A DNA stretch of 63,558 nt, filler included, from Dicyema japonicum (GCA_011109175.1; 7 parts of 7 records of this genome joined end to end with filler, not necessarily neighbours in it); one strand, 5' to 3'. Counted from the whole stretch's first letter, positions 38,385 through 52,476 are shown. Notes: generated from the sequence alone by a model not told the origin. Made by a program: numbers and translations.

Positions 38385-40960
38385 TAATCAACAACCGTCC
38401 TCGACTGCCTGTTCGCCAACTCCTCAGGCAGGCTAGATTCTGGTTGCTGAAACAACTCCGAGAGCGTCTTGTCTAATTGAACCCTCTCCCTATATGGCAT
38501 CTCCGAGCTTTGCCTCCTATACTCCAGTGTCAGACTCTCAGGGTCCGCTTTAATATAGTGGACTGTAAATAGGCCTGGAGCTTCCTGTCTAAACTCAACG
38601 GCTTCAAATAACTCTTGTGGTACTTTGTTGCAATTCCTTCCAAAGTCATTACTATTGGAATAACGAGGACCTTGCAACCAAAAATCTGTTCCATCTCGTT
38701 CGCAAGCAAGTCATACTTCCTTTTTTTCTCCACTTCCACAGTCTGCCAACAATCTTGAGACGTAATGCCAGCCTCTATGAAGAAGACTTGGCCAGACTCC
38801 ATATCGTGTACCACAATGTCCGGTTTATTGTGCTTGACTAGCACCGAGGTACGAACAACACTGTCTACCTTAATCTGACCCTAGTGTTCTCTACTACAGA
38901 TTGCACCTTATGAGTCCGCAACTTTCTGGTGTGCGAATACCATACTTATTGCATAGTGGAAGATAAAGACACCTTACTACCTCGTTATGCCTCCACACAT
39001 AATCGTGGCAGAGCATGGATCCGCACCGAGTGGCTAAATGATCGACTGACATGCTCCTTGGTTTACAATGGGGACATGTATTTGTTGATCGACCCCAAAA
39101 AATATTACGGTCTTGCATATACGTGTACAGCGCCTCCGATCGAGGTGAGTTGTCACCGTATTTTAGCCATATTGTCGACGACTTAAGGTCGACATGTGAG
39201 TTGTCAAATGCTCTGAAGAGGACCTTATGAAGGCTTTGTAAGTTGATCTTTTCCATCAAATTATTATATTGTATTTAGATCAACGCCTTCACATTTACTA
39301 GCCCACCATCATCAACACCATACTTAGCAGACAAAAAAGGTCTGATAGTTCCTAGGTGGGTTGCCCGTGTTTTCTCGGTCGTTATTATAGCGTGCTTCCT
39401 AGCAGACATACTCGACCCAGCTATCAGAGTGTCGTGCATTTGCAATAGGATACGCTCACTTAGTTGGACTACTCCACACAGTCCACGGCCGAATTTATCA
39501 CGGAGTAAATATAGTCTCTCCTTATTGGCTGCCAGCACATGGAATTTCTCTCTACTTACTCCACGGATCATAACATCATCTCATCATACTCTTTGGGCTC
39601 AAACTCCACAACACCTATGTAGTAGTTTAGCAGCGAGACAGCATACTCACTTAATGCTAGGAACAAATTCCTTGCATTTAGAGACGTCTTACACAATAAC
39701 GCTGCTCTTTTACGGATGCCTTCAGTAATTTGTCGCTTTGTCTCAGGCATTATAAGGACTTTGGAGTTTCGGTAACACTCAGATACTTATATCCTTCGTG
39801 TTCCTCTAGGACTCTTACTAACTTGCTACATACTTGCGTGTTAGTCGCAGACTTGAATAATTCAAATCTAGTCCTATACTCTCAAAGAATTCCCTGGGAC
39901 GGACCCCCATGGAGTAGAGCTCCTCGGCTGTTCGAGCATACATCTTCAGGTCATCGATAAAGGTGATTTGTACTGAAACAAACCCCTCACAATGAACTGG
40001 TATTTGCTCAAACCGGTCATTGAGGCAGCGACTTAATGGCTCCAAACGGAGAACAAAGACACAAACTGTGTAAGCACTCGACAAGGTAAGAATGATCAAC
40101 TGAATCGTAAGCCTTCTTCACATCCACCCACATAGACAAAAGTGAGTTTCCGTGAGACACAGAAAGGCACTTGTTGATCAAAGCCTGATCTTTTGCCCCC
40201 TGACAATTTCGCACAGTACCTAACTGATTCTCAGAGAGAATCCCATTTGCTTCTACAAAGCTCCTGACCTCATTAGCCACCAATTTGGTCATCAGTTTAT
40301 ACAAGGTTATCAATCGATGATCTGCAGCAGACTGGGGGTTGTCCAGCTTTGGGATCAAATAAGTTGTCCTATTGCAGGCCCAATCAGGAATCGTTTCCGG
40401 GTTAGTGATGCTTTTCTGTAATACACGACAGATAAACTCGTGCAATGAAGTGCATCTTTTGATAAAGAAATTATAAACTTTATCGACCCCGGTCGTTTTC
40501 CAATCAAAGAGATGTCTACCGCCTCAAATTTCTTGCGGAAATCGAAAATTCTGCAAGATTCCGACAAGAAAGGAGCGGCGCAGTACGGGACATTCTACGC
40601 ATTTCCCCTGCGTGGTTTAGCCTCCCACATACTACCCCATGTGGAAAGCATTTCCGTGTCCTGCTGGGAACATGCACTATGGCCATTTTCGTGTAGGCGA
40701 CGGTAAAACAATCTGCTATTAAACTCAAACAGATTATTTTCTCTCCTTCTCTTACACCGACTTTCTTGTGTATAGAGTTTCCTCTTATACACCATTATTG
40801 CCCCCTCTAACTCCACCTTTGTCCTCCTCAACTCTTTGAGGTCCCAATTGGGAACACGGAGTTTACTAATTGGCCCCTTTACTATGGGCGGTGCTTTTCC
40901 TCTAACCCCTCTCGCCACTCTACTTATGTGCCCCTCCAGTGCTTCCAGCTCAGTCTAGTA
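38385..40960 (-). mobile_element. R4/Dong-like non-LTR retrotransposon (RT + CCHC + restriction-like endonuclease), frameshifted
   Basis: WVDVKKAYDSV, FIDDLK, CPHC..HLATRC..RHNEVV, KPDIV..IEAG..EKKRKYD. Confidence 0.88.
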
Positions 40961-41411
40961 ACCTTGGAAATTAATTTGTAACTAAAGGAACTGTTTGACT
41001 TAAAAAATAACATCCTTCAACCCACATAATCTCAGTTATGAATATATGGAATACATTAGAAAGTGTTTAACATTTCGACAGTGAAAAGAGTATGCCAATG
41101 AAATTCTGTTCCAGGGTAACAGAGAGAAGACACTGTTTGTAATACGTCATAATTCCGAATCTTTCACCTGATTCATTCATCCCGTCCTTACGTAGAACAG
41201 AAAATTTTGGGAAACAAGGAGTGGGGATTGATTTAGAAAGCTTTGATTCCTATGGCAATGACCACTTTGAGGTTTATAATCAAAACGCACATTTCCATAA
41301 TTTCCCTACAAACCCCGTTGACATTCAGTTGTAGAATTAGGACAGGGGTTATGTTATGTATCACCAACAACAATAATGAAGCACCCCATCGAGATAATGG
41401 GTGAAGTAGAG

Positions 41412-41545
41412 GGTTATTATTATTATTACCCCCAGGATCACTGGGTCAAAGAGAAAGAAATAAAAGTTCTCATCTAACTAAGTGATCCCAGACCGACAAA
41501 GGTGAGGACGAGTCCGGCGGGGTCGAGAATCCTGAACAGCTCTTC
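41412..41545 (-). mobile_element. LINE 3' terminus with (TAA)n tail
   Basis: Near-identical reverse complement of 43065-43205. Confidence 0.8.
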
Positions 41546-41649
41546 TCATTGGACATGGCATTAGAGGGTTATTTGGGACATTAGAAGACAGAAGGTTCGG
41601 AAAATTAATTGAAGTTGAGATAATTTATTTGTTTTTAATAATCTTATAA

Positions 41650-42370
41650 TAATATTAACACCAGAGACCACGATTACACAAACTAATCAATCACGTGATC
41701 CAGCACGCTCTAGCAGGGACCTCATCTTGGTTCGATGCTCCTCCCTCGTCCCCACACAAGCACGTATCGGTCGAGTGACTGGACTTTCGCAATCACGACG
41801 GCGCTTTCCGTGGTTCATTCTTATCAAGGCTTCAAGAAACATTGGTGGCTGGAGTTCTCCAGGTATCCAACGTTTCGTGATTTTTGAGGTTCTTCTCCGA
41901 CTAGCCTCTATCTTCAAGACATTTGTCTAAAAGATGAGTGGGCCCCATATACCACATGCATAAGAGATTCATTGTTCAGTGAATTGTTTATATAAAGTGC
42001 TAAAAACAGAATGCTTTTCGATCTTCCATAAGTCTGTGAAGCATTTCAACACATTAGTTTTCTTTTCGCATTTCGTAATTACGTTTTCAACATGGGGACA
42101 GAATGACATATGCATGTCAAAATTCACTCCAAGGATCCTTCGGGATTTTCTGAAAGGAATAGCTTGATTGTTCAGTTCGACTGTGTGTTTTCCCAGTCTC
42201 TTGTTTGAAGTAAATAGGGTTGTGACGGACATTCCACTGCTAGTAGTTAGGCTATTCTTCGATACCCATTTGTCAAGACGGTCCAGATTTTCTTGCAATT
42301 TCGAAGTGGAAATCTGGATGTCCTGATCGCGTGACGCAATTACGATGTCGTCCGCATATGTTAGAATATC
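41650..42370 (-). mobile_element. Jockey/I-like LINE 3' half
   Basis: TYADDIVI..LGVNFD..YKQF. Confidence 0.8.
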
Positions 42371-43205
42371 ACCCCAACTCTTCAATCTCTACATAAACGA
42401 CATGCTACAAACCTGTAATGAAAACTGTCTAATCCTCTCCTATGCCGACGATATCATTCTTGCCTCCAAGAACAGAAGCATTCAATCAGCGACTCAGTTG
42501 GCTCAACAAATGCTCGACAACCTGGAACTATGGCTCTCGAAGCGGAGACTCGACATATTAGCAGCAAAGTTTTGTCACACTGTTTACCACCTACAAAAGA
42601 CAACTCTGTATCGAAACAAAAGTCTTTATGAAGAACGAAGCTATCTCTATTAACAAAACACTGAAGATTCTGGGAGTAACCTTTGATCAGGGACTCACCT
42701 TTATCCGGCATGTTGAAAACAAAGTAACTTTTGCTCTGAAAAAATGAGAATTTTAAAAGTGCTCTCAAAAACACTTAGAGACCAAACTGGTGTCCTTGCC
42801 ACGATTTACAAACAATTTATCCGACCAACGATGACGTATGCATGTCCTTCATGGGCAATGCAAATGTCACGATCTTCCTCATTGAAATTATCCGCAATCG
42901 AGGAGACTGCAATAAAGTTAATTGGACCAGAACACAATATCCAACCCATTGAAAACTTTTTAATCGAACTACAACGGAAACTATTAAAGGAGGCTATTCT
43001 ACCGAGCTGCTCTCTATTCCAAATACTATCGAATTATCTACAATCATACAGAAATTTTGAGCCTATGCCATGTCCAATAAGAAGAGCTGTTCAGGATTCT
43101 CGACCCCGCCGGACTCTTCCTCACCTTTGTCGGTCTGGGATCACTTAGATGAGAACTTTTATTTCTTTCTCTTTGACCCAGTGATCCTGGGAATAATAAT
43201 AATAT
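42365..43205 (+). mobile_element. Jockey/I-like LINE 3' half with (TAA)n tail
   Basis: SPQLFNLYIND..SYADD..LGVTFD..YKQFIRPTMTYACPSW. Confidence 0.85.
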
Positions 43206-43209
43206 CATT

Positions 43210-44870
43210 TTCGGATTCTGGAGTGGGGAGGTCCTCCATGAATAGGTTGAATAAAACTGGAGACAAATGGGATCCTTGGGAACCCCATTAGGGAGGAGCC
43301 GTGAAATAGACCTTGACTGCCAATGCAGACGTGTCCCCTCCGACCACTAAGGAAGTTAGCTAGCTAGAGTTTGAGCCTTCCAGGGATCTTTGTTTGGTAA
43401 ATTTTCCAAGTAAGAATCCGCCTTGACACAGAGTCAAAAGCCTTGTGGACGTCTATGGAGCAAAGTACAGTCTTCATGTGTCCCGGTCTGTGCGAGAAAC
43501 CACATCGTATAAAGTTAGTCAATGCAGATAAGTGGGTCGAAGTAGACCTCTCTTTTCTAAAACCATGTTGGAATGACAAGTCCGAGAGGAAATTTTTGAT
43601 TTTCGCAAGATCCAGTCTTTCCAGAATTTTCAACACCGAACACAATAACGCGACCGGTCTGTATGAAGCAGGATCTTTCTTCACTTTACCGGCTTTCAAA
43701 ATTGGACGTAGGTGGGCAAGCTTCCATAAGGCTGGAATACAATTTTTGTTAATGGAGTGGTTGAATATCCTCGTTAATGCAGCGATTCCATAGTCTCCCA
43801 GATTCTTTAGGAGGATCATTGGGATCTTATCCGGTCCGTTAGAATAGGTTGTTTTAACGGCTTTTAATGTCACGTCGTTTTCAGTGAAGTGAATCGTTTC
43901 CGGTTCATTTTTCGGTTTACTGAGATATTTCGGGGGTACATCCGACTTCTTATGGTCTTTATGGGATATTTTCACATATAATTTTATTAGGTTGTTTAAG
44001 TCCTTTTGGCTGTGGTCTACCTCGGACGACCTTTCATCCCCTCTCGAGGCGTCTTGGATGGTCTTCCAAATTTCAGTAGTGGGTCCATTTCTATTCAACG
44101 AGGAAAACACTTCCATCTTGATATTTGTGATTTTACCTCCCTGTTTTTTAGTTCATTGTTCAAAGCCTTGAGTCTAAATTTATCCTCAGTAGTTAATCGG
44201 CCAGACTTTTTGAGTTTGTTTCTTTCCTTGGTTAATGTCGACCTGCCATATCCCCTGGTGTAGTTAAGGTGGTGTTTAGGTAAAGATCTCGCATCCAAGA
44301 TAGTACGGTTTACATAAGCGACTAATTTGTCCATGGAAGTAATACCATCCAGGTGCTGCAGTAGATTGTCAGTAAGTGTAAGGTAAAGTCTCCAATCTGC
44401 GCGTTTGTAGTTGAATTGTTCTGGGGATCTTTTTCTAGTTGACGTTTCTCTCTTGATCTCCAAAAGGATGGAATTATGGTCGCTTCTTGAGTTGTAAGTG
44501 ACTGACCGAGTCGATATCGCCGCCAGGGCGAAAGAACAAAGCGTGATGTCTAGAGAAGTTAGTTGGTCTGACTCCCTGAAGGGGGTTCTCGTATGTTTTG
44601 AAAGTAATACTTTACGAAAGTAGTACTTTTCCTCTTGAGTCCAACCACAGAGGGTGTTTTGCGTTGACATCCCCGCCAATGATCACGTCGTTCAAAGAAG
44701 CCATATTAGATAAATTGGGCATATTGTAGTGCTTCGGGCAAGAACCAGGTGGGGGCACATAGACGTTCACAAATGTAATTTTTCCATTTGTTGTTTCAAG
44801 TGAGACTGCATTGACTTCAGTAACATAGTCATCTCCCAAGATATTCTTCACCACTAAAGTGATGTCCACT
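43210..44870 (-). mobile_element. Jockey/I-like LINE, APE + RT N-terminal part
   Basis: VNVYVPPP, GGDVNAKH, SDHNSI, SYRPVALL, QHGFRK, DVHKAFD. Confidence 0.85.
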
Positions 44871-45082
44871 AAGTCGGAAGTAATAAGGTAAATGAGGCAA
44901 ATTCCACCATTTTCTTTACCAGCGCAGTTAAATATGAATAAAATAAAAGTTTACGACCGGCACATTACAAAGTAAAACTTAAGGCAAAAGAATTTGTAAT
45001 ATTTTCCCACTGTTTAAAAGTTTGAGCACAATTGTATTATTTGGAGTTCATCGACTTAAAGCAGAATGATATTATTATATGG

Positions 45083-46420
45083 CAGGGGTGTCAAACACAT
45101 GGCCCGATTTAATGGCTATAAAACAACATCATTTTGTTATTTTTTAAATTTAATTTTTTTCAATAGTATTTGGAAATCTTATTTGTCAAAATTTGGATGT
45201 TATCCATGTGGTGCCATGTGGTGCTGCGTGGTTAATTGATTGAAGTTTTCCGCTTGCTTGTCTGTTCCTCCTCTCTCTCTTCCTAATAGAGTGGCGTCAT
45301 GTGATCCACCTGTCTAAGTGGCGCCCAGTGCCAGGCCGGCACGAAAAAGGATCATTTGCTTTCCCCACTCCATTGGAGGGGTTTCCACAACTGCAAGTAT
45401 ACGTCTTTTACCCTTTATGTTGATTCCGGATGGACTCTGTAGAAGTGGTTGTTTACTTTAACTTCTTTCTCGGTGTATCTGGGGTTAATAAATTAATTTG
45501 TCAATGTCACGTGCCTCTTATGGAACTAAGAAACGGTGTTTGAACAGAGCATGATTCAAGATAAATGGGAACTTGTCCATTTTTGGACAACGGTTGATGG
45601 AAAATACATTGACATGTATCCAGTTTATCGCTATACCGAAATAATAAAATCTAAAAAGGCATTACCAATCTAATCATACGATTATTTCAAAAGTATTAAG
45701 TTGGTTATTAACCAATGCGTGTTTTAATACTAAATGAATTGCAAAAAAATTAAATGCTTTACACACTCATTTCACAAAAATCATAATCGAAGTACCGCAA
45801 GCTATGAAATCAGCAGAATGCTTGCAATGAATGGAAAATCATGGTGATTTATCAAGCAAAAATTATTTGTTCAGACAACGCCAACTTGTTTAAATATATT
45901 TCATAAACTAGGAACACTGGCACATTAATAAAATGTCTTTGAATTTGAAACACCAACTAAATATGTGGATATTACCTCACATATGAACACCCTCAATACT
46001 GTTGGTGGACATACTGTAATGAATTTTTCCCAGTATAAAAGACAACTAGCATCGTTATTGAAGGAATTTCAAGAAAGATTTAATGATTTCTCGTCTTTAG
46101 AACAATAATTATCATCATTCACACACCATTCTCTTTTAATGTTTCCAATGCATATGAAAGGTTACAAATGTATTGGAAATCCAATCAGATTATATACTTA
46201 AAATTAAATATTTGGAAGTTCGAATACCTGCTTTCTTTTCATATCTTCCTGGAAAGTTTAAAAACTTTAAAAAGTTTGCGACAAAAATTTTGGTTCGACA
46301 TATGTCTGTGAACAGCTTTTTTCATTTATGAAATTGCCAAAAACTGCTCAAAGAACAAGACGGACTGATGAAAATTTATTTGCTTTAATAAAAGTCGAAC
46401 TACACGAATAGCTGAGTCTT
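45083..46420 (+). mobile_element. hAT (SPIN/GTF2IRD2-like) transposon remnant
   Basis: Terminus CAGGGGTGTCAAAC at 45083; DITSHMNTLN, KEFQERFNDF and FGSTYVCEQLFSFMK. Confidence 0.75.
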
Positions 46421-47383
46421 GAAGTGATTGACATCCCTGTTCTATGGAGAAATTAAACTTTAAAAAATTCATTTCAAATAAGATTTTTGTAAAATAATAT
46501 ATTTCCCAAAATACTTCAAATGACAGGGATTTTGGAAATATTTAACCTCTTTTTAGAAAATGGGAAATTAATCATCCTGATATTGTGATTTATTTTCCAC
46601 TGTTTAAGTCAAAAGACCAAGGTATCCAAGCAATTGGGTTATCTCCATCACCAAATCCACTGGTGAAGATTATCCATTATAAAAACTCTTCGCCTGTAAT
46701 GACAATTGGAGGATAGATTTGGTCGACACAAGCAGATGTTATCCCTTGGGACTAATTAGGTGGGCTTACCAAAGATTGTGGTTAATATATAAAACAGTTG
46801 GTTTACGACCAATTTGAATTAAGATAATTTTATATTGTCAATTGTGATCCACTTAAATATAAATCAAGTTAATCATTTGGAAGAGTATTCTCCTCACAGC
46901 TTTTAAAGGGAATAATTCTTTCATTGATTTGCTTGTTCTTTGTGGTTAAATATGTAATCACTGTACAATGGAAATTTATTAAGAGTGAAAATAACAGTCA
47001 GAAAACTCAGGAAATACAGAGGTGATATATCATGCGAAAGGTTGGATTTGTAATTTCACATTTGTGGATTGAACATCACTGAAAGAACGTATTAATAGCT
47101 GGTAATCAAGAACACTTTGGAGAGTGAGTCCATGTTTCATTATGGAATATAAAACTTAAGGACAATTACTCTTTGTTGAACAAGAATAGAGCAAATGGTA
47201 TATTGGTTAAAACACGAGAGTATTGATGATAATTTTAATAAAATTGTTGATTTTTACCACTTATCATTTGTTCACAAAGTTACGAACTAAAGAATTATAG
47301 TTTTCAGTTTCTAATTTATTTCAAATAATAATTAATGTGATTTTGTTACAAATATTACAATATTATTCTGTAACAATAATTTA

Positions 47384-47803
47384 TTAATTAACATAATTTC
47401 CAGGAAAAAACCCGTACATATGTAATGTATTTGAAAAACCAAAGCACCATCCATCATTATATACTCTATGTATTGAAATATTGTCTCCCAAAAATAAATA
47501 TAGTTCATCAGGATGTTGAGGAGTGTATTCCTGAATTACTGTGCGGTTTCCTGATTTATATATATAGTTATCCTTAATTTTGCTTTCAGTGATATTCCTG
47601 TCTTTCACCTCATCATTAGGGTCCCTCTTCACACGCCCGTTCATTTTACTCCAAAAGTATGAGTACCATTCATGATCTATCATTGGAGGTTGAGTTCTCT
47701 TCACATCAACTGTTTGATATAATAATTTACCATTTTTTATGCATCTCATTTGAGCATTAATATCCAATAAATATTTGGTATACCAATTCCTATCAACTGG
47801 CAT
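47384..47803 (-). CDS. Small SH3-domain protein
   Basis: C-terminal VIQEYTPQHPDELYLFLGDNISIHRVYNDGWCFG..GFFPGNYV is an SH3 consensus. Confidence 0.8.
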   Translation of the reverse strand: MPVDRNWYTKYLLDINAQMRCIKNGKLLYQTVDVKRTQPPMIDHEWYSYFWSKMNGRVKRDPNDEVKDRNITESKIKDNYIYKSGNRTVIQEYTPQHPDELYLFLGDNISIHRVYNDGWCFGFSNTLHMYGFFPGNYVN

Positions 47804-48105
47804 TATGGTAAATTATTGCGGTTATGACAAATTTATATTAAATTTTATTATTCGTTAAATAATACAAAAGTTTAGAGATAAATTTATCTTCCAGACAATT
47901 GAGAGTTCTCAAAAACCTCCAATTTATGTATTTTGATGATCTCAGTAAAGCTATAGTTTTCCCATAATGAATGGCATATTATGGGTAACATAAATGCCTA
48001 AAAGTCATGCCTAATTAAATTTAATTAATTATATTATAAATAAATATAGAAATTAAATTTATTGAATTTCCGAAATTCACTTAATAATATCAGAATGAAT
48101 GAAAA

Positions 48106-49240
48106 ATGTCACAGGGGAAAGTTGAGAACCTAAGACCAGTGATCTTAACCAACACATTACGGAAGATACTAGCCAATATTATGCTTCAAAGAATGAAGGG
48201 ACGCCTAGACTCGTACCTGTCGGCTTATCAAAGTGGCTTTCGCAAAGGGAGATCAACGTCAGATGTTATATGGAGCCACAAATGGAGAAGTGCGATTATT
48301 CAAAAATTTAAAATAACGACAACCATTCTGGGGATTGATATGTCAAAGGCCTTTGATTCCGTCAATAGGAACAAGCTGCTGCAAATACTGGAGACTTCTT
48401 GGAGGGCTCAACGATTAGGATGGTAAAGACACTCTTGACGGACACGAGTTTGATGGTCAGGACTGGGAAACCTTTATCGAGGACATTTGAAACGACAATT
48501 GGTACCCCTCAAGGAGATCCATTATCCCCGATTTTGTTCATTATTTATCTGGAGGCAGCTCTACGAGGCTTGAAGCCTCATATCAGAGAAGGAACGAGCA
48601 TAATAGCATATGCGGACGACGTGGACTTTATTTCAAATAACAAAGAAGAGTTAATTGCACTTTTAGAAAAAATGCCTGGTAAAATGGCTGAATGGTCATT
48701 AAAAGTAAATACAAACGAAACCGAAATCACGGAGCTAGAAAGAAGTGAGGAAAAGACCGAGGAGCACTAGTTGAGCAAAAAAACTAAGATCCCTTCTCGG
48801 TGACACAGAAGATATAACACGAAGGAAGACACTAACTAATGTCGCTTTCAACAAAATGAAAAAGACCTGGCTTCTGCACGAAGGGCTTGACCCTAAAACT
48901 CGAATGAGAGTATACAATGCCCTAGTGAGGCCAATCCTATTATATAATGCCGGTACATAGGCATGTACAGGGCAGGAACTCGAAAAGTTGAATTCTTTTC
49001 ACAGAAATCATCTCCGAGCACTCCTTTCTTCTCGAAGCTTTTTCAAATGCCGTCCGAAATCTTATACAAGAGAACAGGAACAAAGCCAATATCATGTGAT
49101 TTTATTGATTCAAGATGGAGGCTCTTTGGACACATACTCTGCCACGATATGGGGACCCCTGCCAACATAGCAATGGAGGAGTATTTTGTCTTAGAAGCTT
49201 CTCGTTTCTGCGGCCGGCCGAGGACAAAAGATTATTACAT
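48106..49240 (+). mobile_element. Decayed RTE-like LINE RT region
   Basis: NLRPVIL, QSGFRKGRS, DMSKAFD, GTPQGD, YADD, RWRLFGH. Confidence 0.85.
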
Positions 49241-49439
49241 GTCTGTGTTCGATTATCACACTCTCAAAGGGATCCTTGGGGAACACCACTGGGAAGATAA
49301 ATAGATTTTGAGTGTCCGACGCCAACACGTTCCCTCCTAGCGCTATGAAGTTATATAACCAGAGTTTAAGCTTTCCATGGGTTCTAGTTTGGAAAAATTA
49401 CCAAGAATAATTTTTCTCATCATTAACTCGATTTTTTTT

Positions 49440-52400
49440 TTGGTTGAGGTGGTGACGTCCCTCTATGCACACATGTCTAATACGCATTTGAATAATCCTT
49501 GGTTTTCTACCCTTACCTTCAATGCCAGGGGCCTTAATGACTGGTCGAAGAGGCACCAACTGTGTCTGGACCTTGCAAAATATGGATGCTCTGTTTGCTG
49601 TCTCCAAGAGACGAAGCTCAGAAAAGGACTCGATGAAAACCTTGGAGACTACAGACTAATCCTCCTTCCATCGTACTGTAAACACTATGGACAGGGTTTC
49701 GCTGTTCACAAGAATTTGCTCCCCAGATTACATCGATATTGGAAAATTGATGACAGGATATGTGTTATTCAATTTCTTATTGGACCCAAAGGGAAGTCCA
49801 GGCAACTAATTTCCATTGTGAACGTGTACGCCCCACATAGTGGCCGTGTTTCCAAAAACCCAGAGGAATTGGACGTTTTCTACGAAGAACTTGTCGAGGT
49901 CGTATCTTCTCTGAAGTTTTCATCGTTCCTCTTTATCGCTGGTGATTGGAATGCTAAAGCTGGGGTACATCAAGGACACGAACGTTTTATTGGACCACAT
50001 GGAAGGGGGATCAGGAACTATTCTGGTACTGCTCTGGCATATTTCTGCGAATCCTTTGATTTATTCCTGTGCAATACTCAATTCCAACATTCCGCACGCC
50101 ACAAGACAACGTGGATGGGCACTAGACTATCGACCACCGGAAATCTGATAAGGATTTATAATCAGATCGATTATATTCTGTGTCGAGTAAAAGACAAATC
50201 TCTCTTACGGGACTCGAGATCTTATGGAGGACTAACTGTTAACAGTGATCACAAAATTGTGTCAGCAAGATTCAGCTTAAGACTTGGTCCAACTGCGGAG
50301 GAGTTCCTCTACGGGATAACTAATAGAAGATGCTTCTTCCAAACACATCGTGGTGGAGATTCCACGCGATCAAGAAGGTATATGACTGAACTCTTGGGCT
50401 CTTCACCAAAAGTACAAGCAGACTATAAAGAATGTGTATCGGATTCAATTAATAATACGGCATCGGATCTTTCACCAGGAAAGGCATGGCTCGAAACTAG
50501 AGGGATCATTTCCGCTGCTGACAAACATCTGGGGGAACTTAAACCCCATAGCAGTCAGCGTCACCCGGAAGTGTCAGCCCTATTGAATTTGCAGAAGAAC
50601 TTAAGGCTTAGATCCGAAAATACTGTCGATCCTCAGACTGTTTGCAAACTGAAACAAGAACGAAGGCAAATTGAGAGAAAAATCAAACTCCTAAACAGAC
50701 TACATCACACTAGTCAGTTGGAAAGCAAGATCAGAGAGGTAGAAAACCTTAAAGACAATGCTGCGACATTCATGGCTATACGACTAATACGGAGGAAGAG
50801 CCAATCAGTGAAACTTATTTTGCATGACAGAAATGGAAAAACAATAGGAAATGTTGCAGAACAGACAGAGTTCATAGCATCGCATATTGAACAACTGTTC
50901 TTTGTAAAAGGAGAAAAATCAGATTTCACGCCTAAGAACACAACACTTGAACGGATCATTTCACCGGAGGAGGTTTGCATGGCGATAAGGAAACTTAAAT
51001 CTGGGCGCTCTCCAGGACCAGATAATATACCATCTGAATTGCTAAAATTTGGCCCTCCAGAACTTGCAGATAAACTCTCAAAATTGCTGAATGACATGAT
51101 AGAAAACAAGGACTTTTCAGAAATTGGAAAGGGGATACTAGTACCAGTTCAAAAAGGTAATAAACCCCCTGGGCCAGTTGAAAACCTGCGCCCTGTCATC
51201 CTTCTAAACACCTTAAGGAAGATCCTTGCCCTAATTACTCTTAATCGGATCCAAGAGCCGGTGGACGGGTACTTGGCCCAGAGCCAGAGTGGTTTTAGGA
51301 CAGGGAGATCAACGGCTGATGTAGTATGGTGCCATAGATGGCAATGTGCTATTCAACAAAGATTCCGGAGCTCAAAGACTATCCTTGGAATTGATCTGAC
51401 CAGAGCTTTCGACACTGTCCGTCGGGGAAAACTCATTGAAGTGCTTGAAAGTTTCCTGGATAAGGACTCGGTTATTCTGATACGGATACTCTTATCAAAC
51501 ACGAGGTTACGAGTGCGTATTGGAAAATGTTTGTCACGGGAAATTATTTCAACAGTGGGCACACCCCAAGGAGATTCCCTTTCCCCAGTATTGTTTGCTA
51601 TATACCTTGAATCGGCTCTGCAAGACCTCCGGAAGTATTACAACAATGATATTATGGAGATCGTGTATGCCGATGATGTTGACTTTATCTCGACTGACAA
51701 AGAAGCACTCTTACGTCTCTTGGAGGTTGCATCAGGCTGTTTGGCCAAATGGTGTCTATCACTGAATGTTCAGAAAACGGATATTGTTGAAATTAAGCGG
51801 ATGGAACTACGCAATAGTGAATGTTGGAGGAAGACCGTAAAGCTTGGCTCTCTTCTCGGAGACTCCGAAGACATTGCAAGAAGAAAATTGTTATCTACGG
51901 TTACTATGCAAAAACTTATGAAATGTTGGATAAGAAAATGCTCGGTCGGGCCATCACTCCGACTCAGGTTGTATGAGGCGTTCGTGAGGCCCATACTAAC
52001 ATACAACTCTGGGACGTGGGGAATTTCGAAAACGGACGAACAAAACCTTGACTCCTTTCACAGAAGGCAACTTCGGTCTCTCTTGGGACTAAAGTGGCCA
52101 ATGCGTGTAGGGAGTGAAAATTTATATAGAAGATGCGGTTCCGGACCTCTGAGCACCATGATCATGAAGGCTCGCTGGAGATTGTTTGGCCATATTCTCA
52201 GATTGGAACAAGACACGCCAGCAAACGTCGTCATGGAAGAATACTTCGATACGTCAGGGGAGAAGTTCAGAGGTCGTCCAAGAATAACTCTCCCGGAAGT
52301 CCTTAATGGTGACCTGAGATCAGTAACCAGACACTAAAGGACGGTGAAGACCTTAGTAGTCTGCGTAACTTGGCATCGGACAGGAAGGGATGGGAAAGGC

Positions 52401-52476
52401 TAATTAAGAGGATTGTTCGGACGCGGCACGAATAGAATTATATAGTTTATATGATTCTATGTAGTTGCTTATAATA
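49440..52476 (+). mobile_element. Near-intact RTE-like LINE (single APE-RT ORF)
   Basis: 986-aa ORF with FNARG, QETK, GDWNA, IDYIL, SDH (APE) and QSGFR, DLTRAFD, GTPQGD, YADD (RT). Likely true start is ATG 49473. An apparent 1-nt deletion near 52331 removes ~34 C-terminal residues (restored stop at 52433-52435). Confidence 0.92.

Noticed and set aside
49377-49472. Hydrophobic N-terminal extension on the LINE ORF
   Set aside because: It lies mostly upstream of the family's conserved 5' motif and crosses a T-run; a chance in-frame read-through from flanking DNA.
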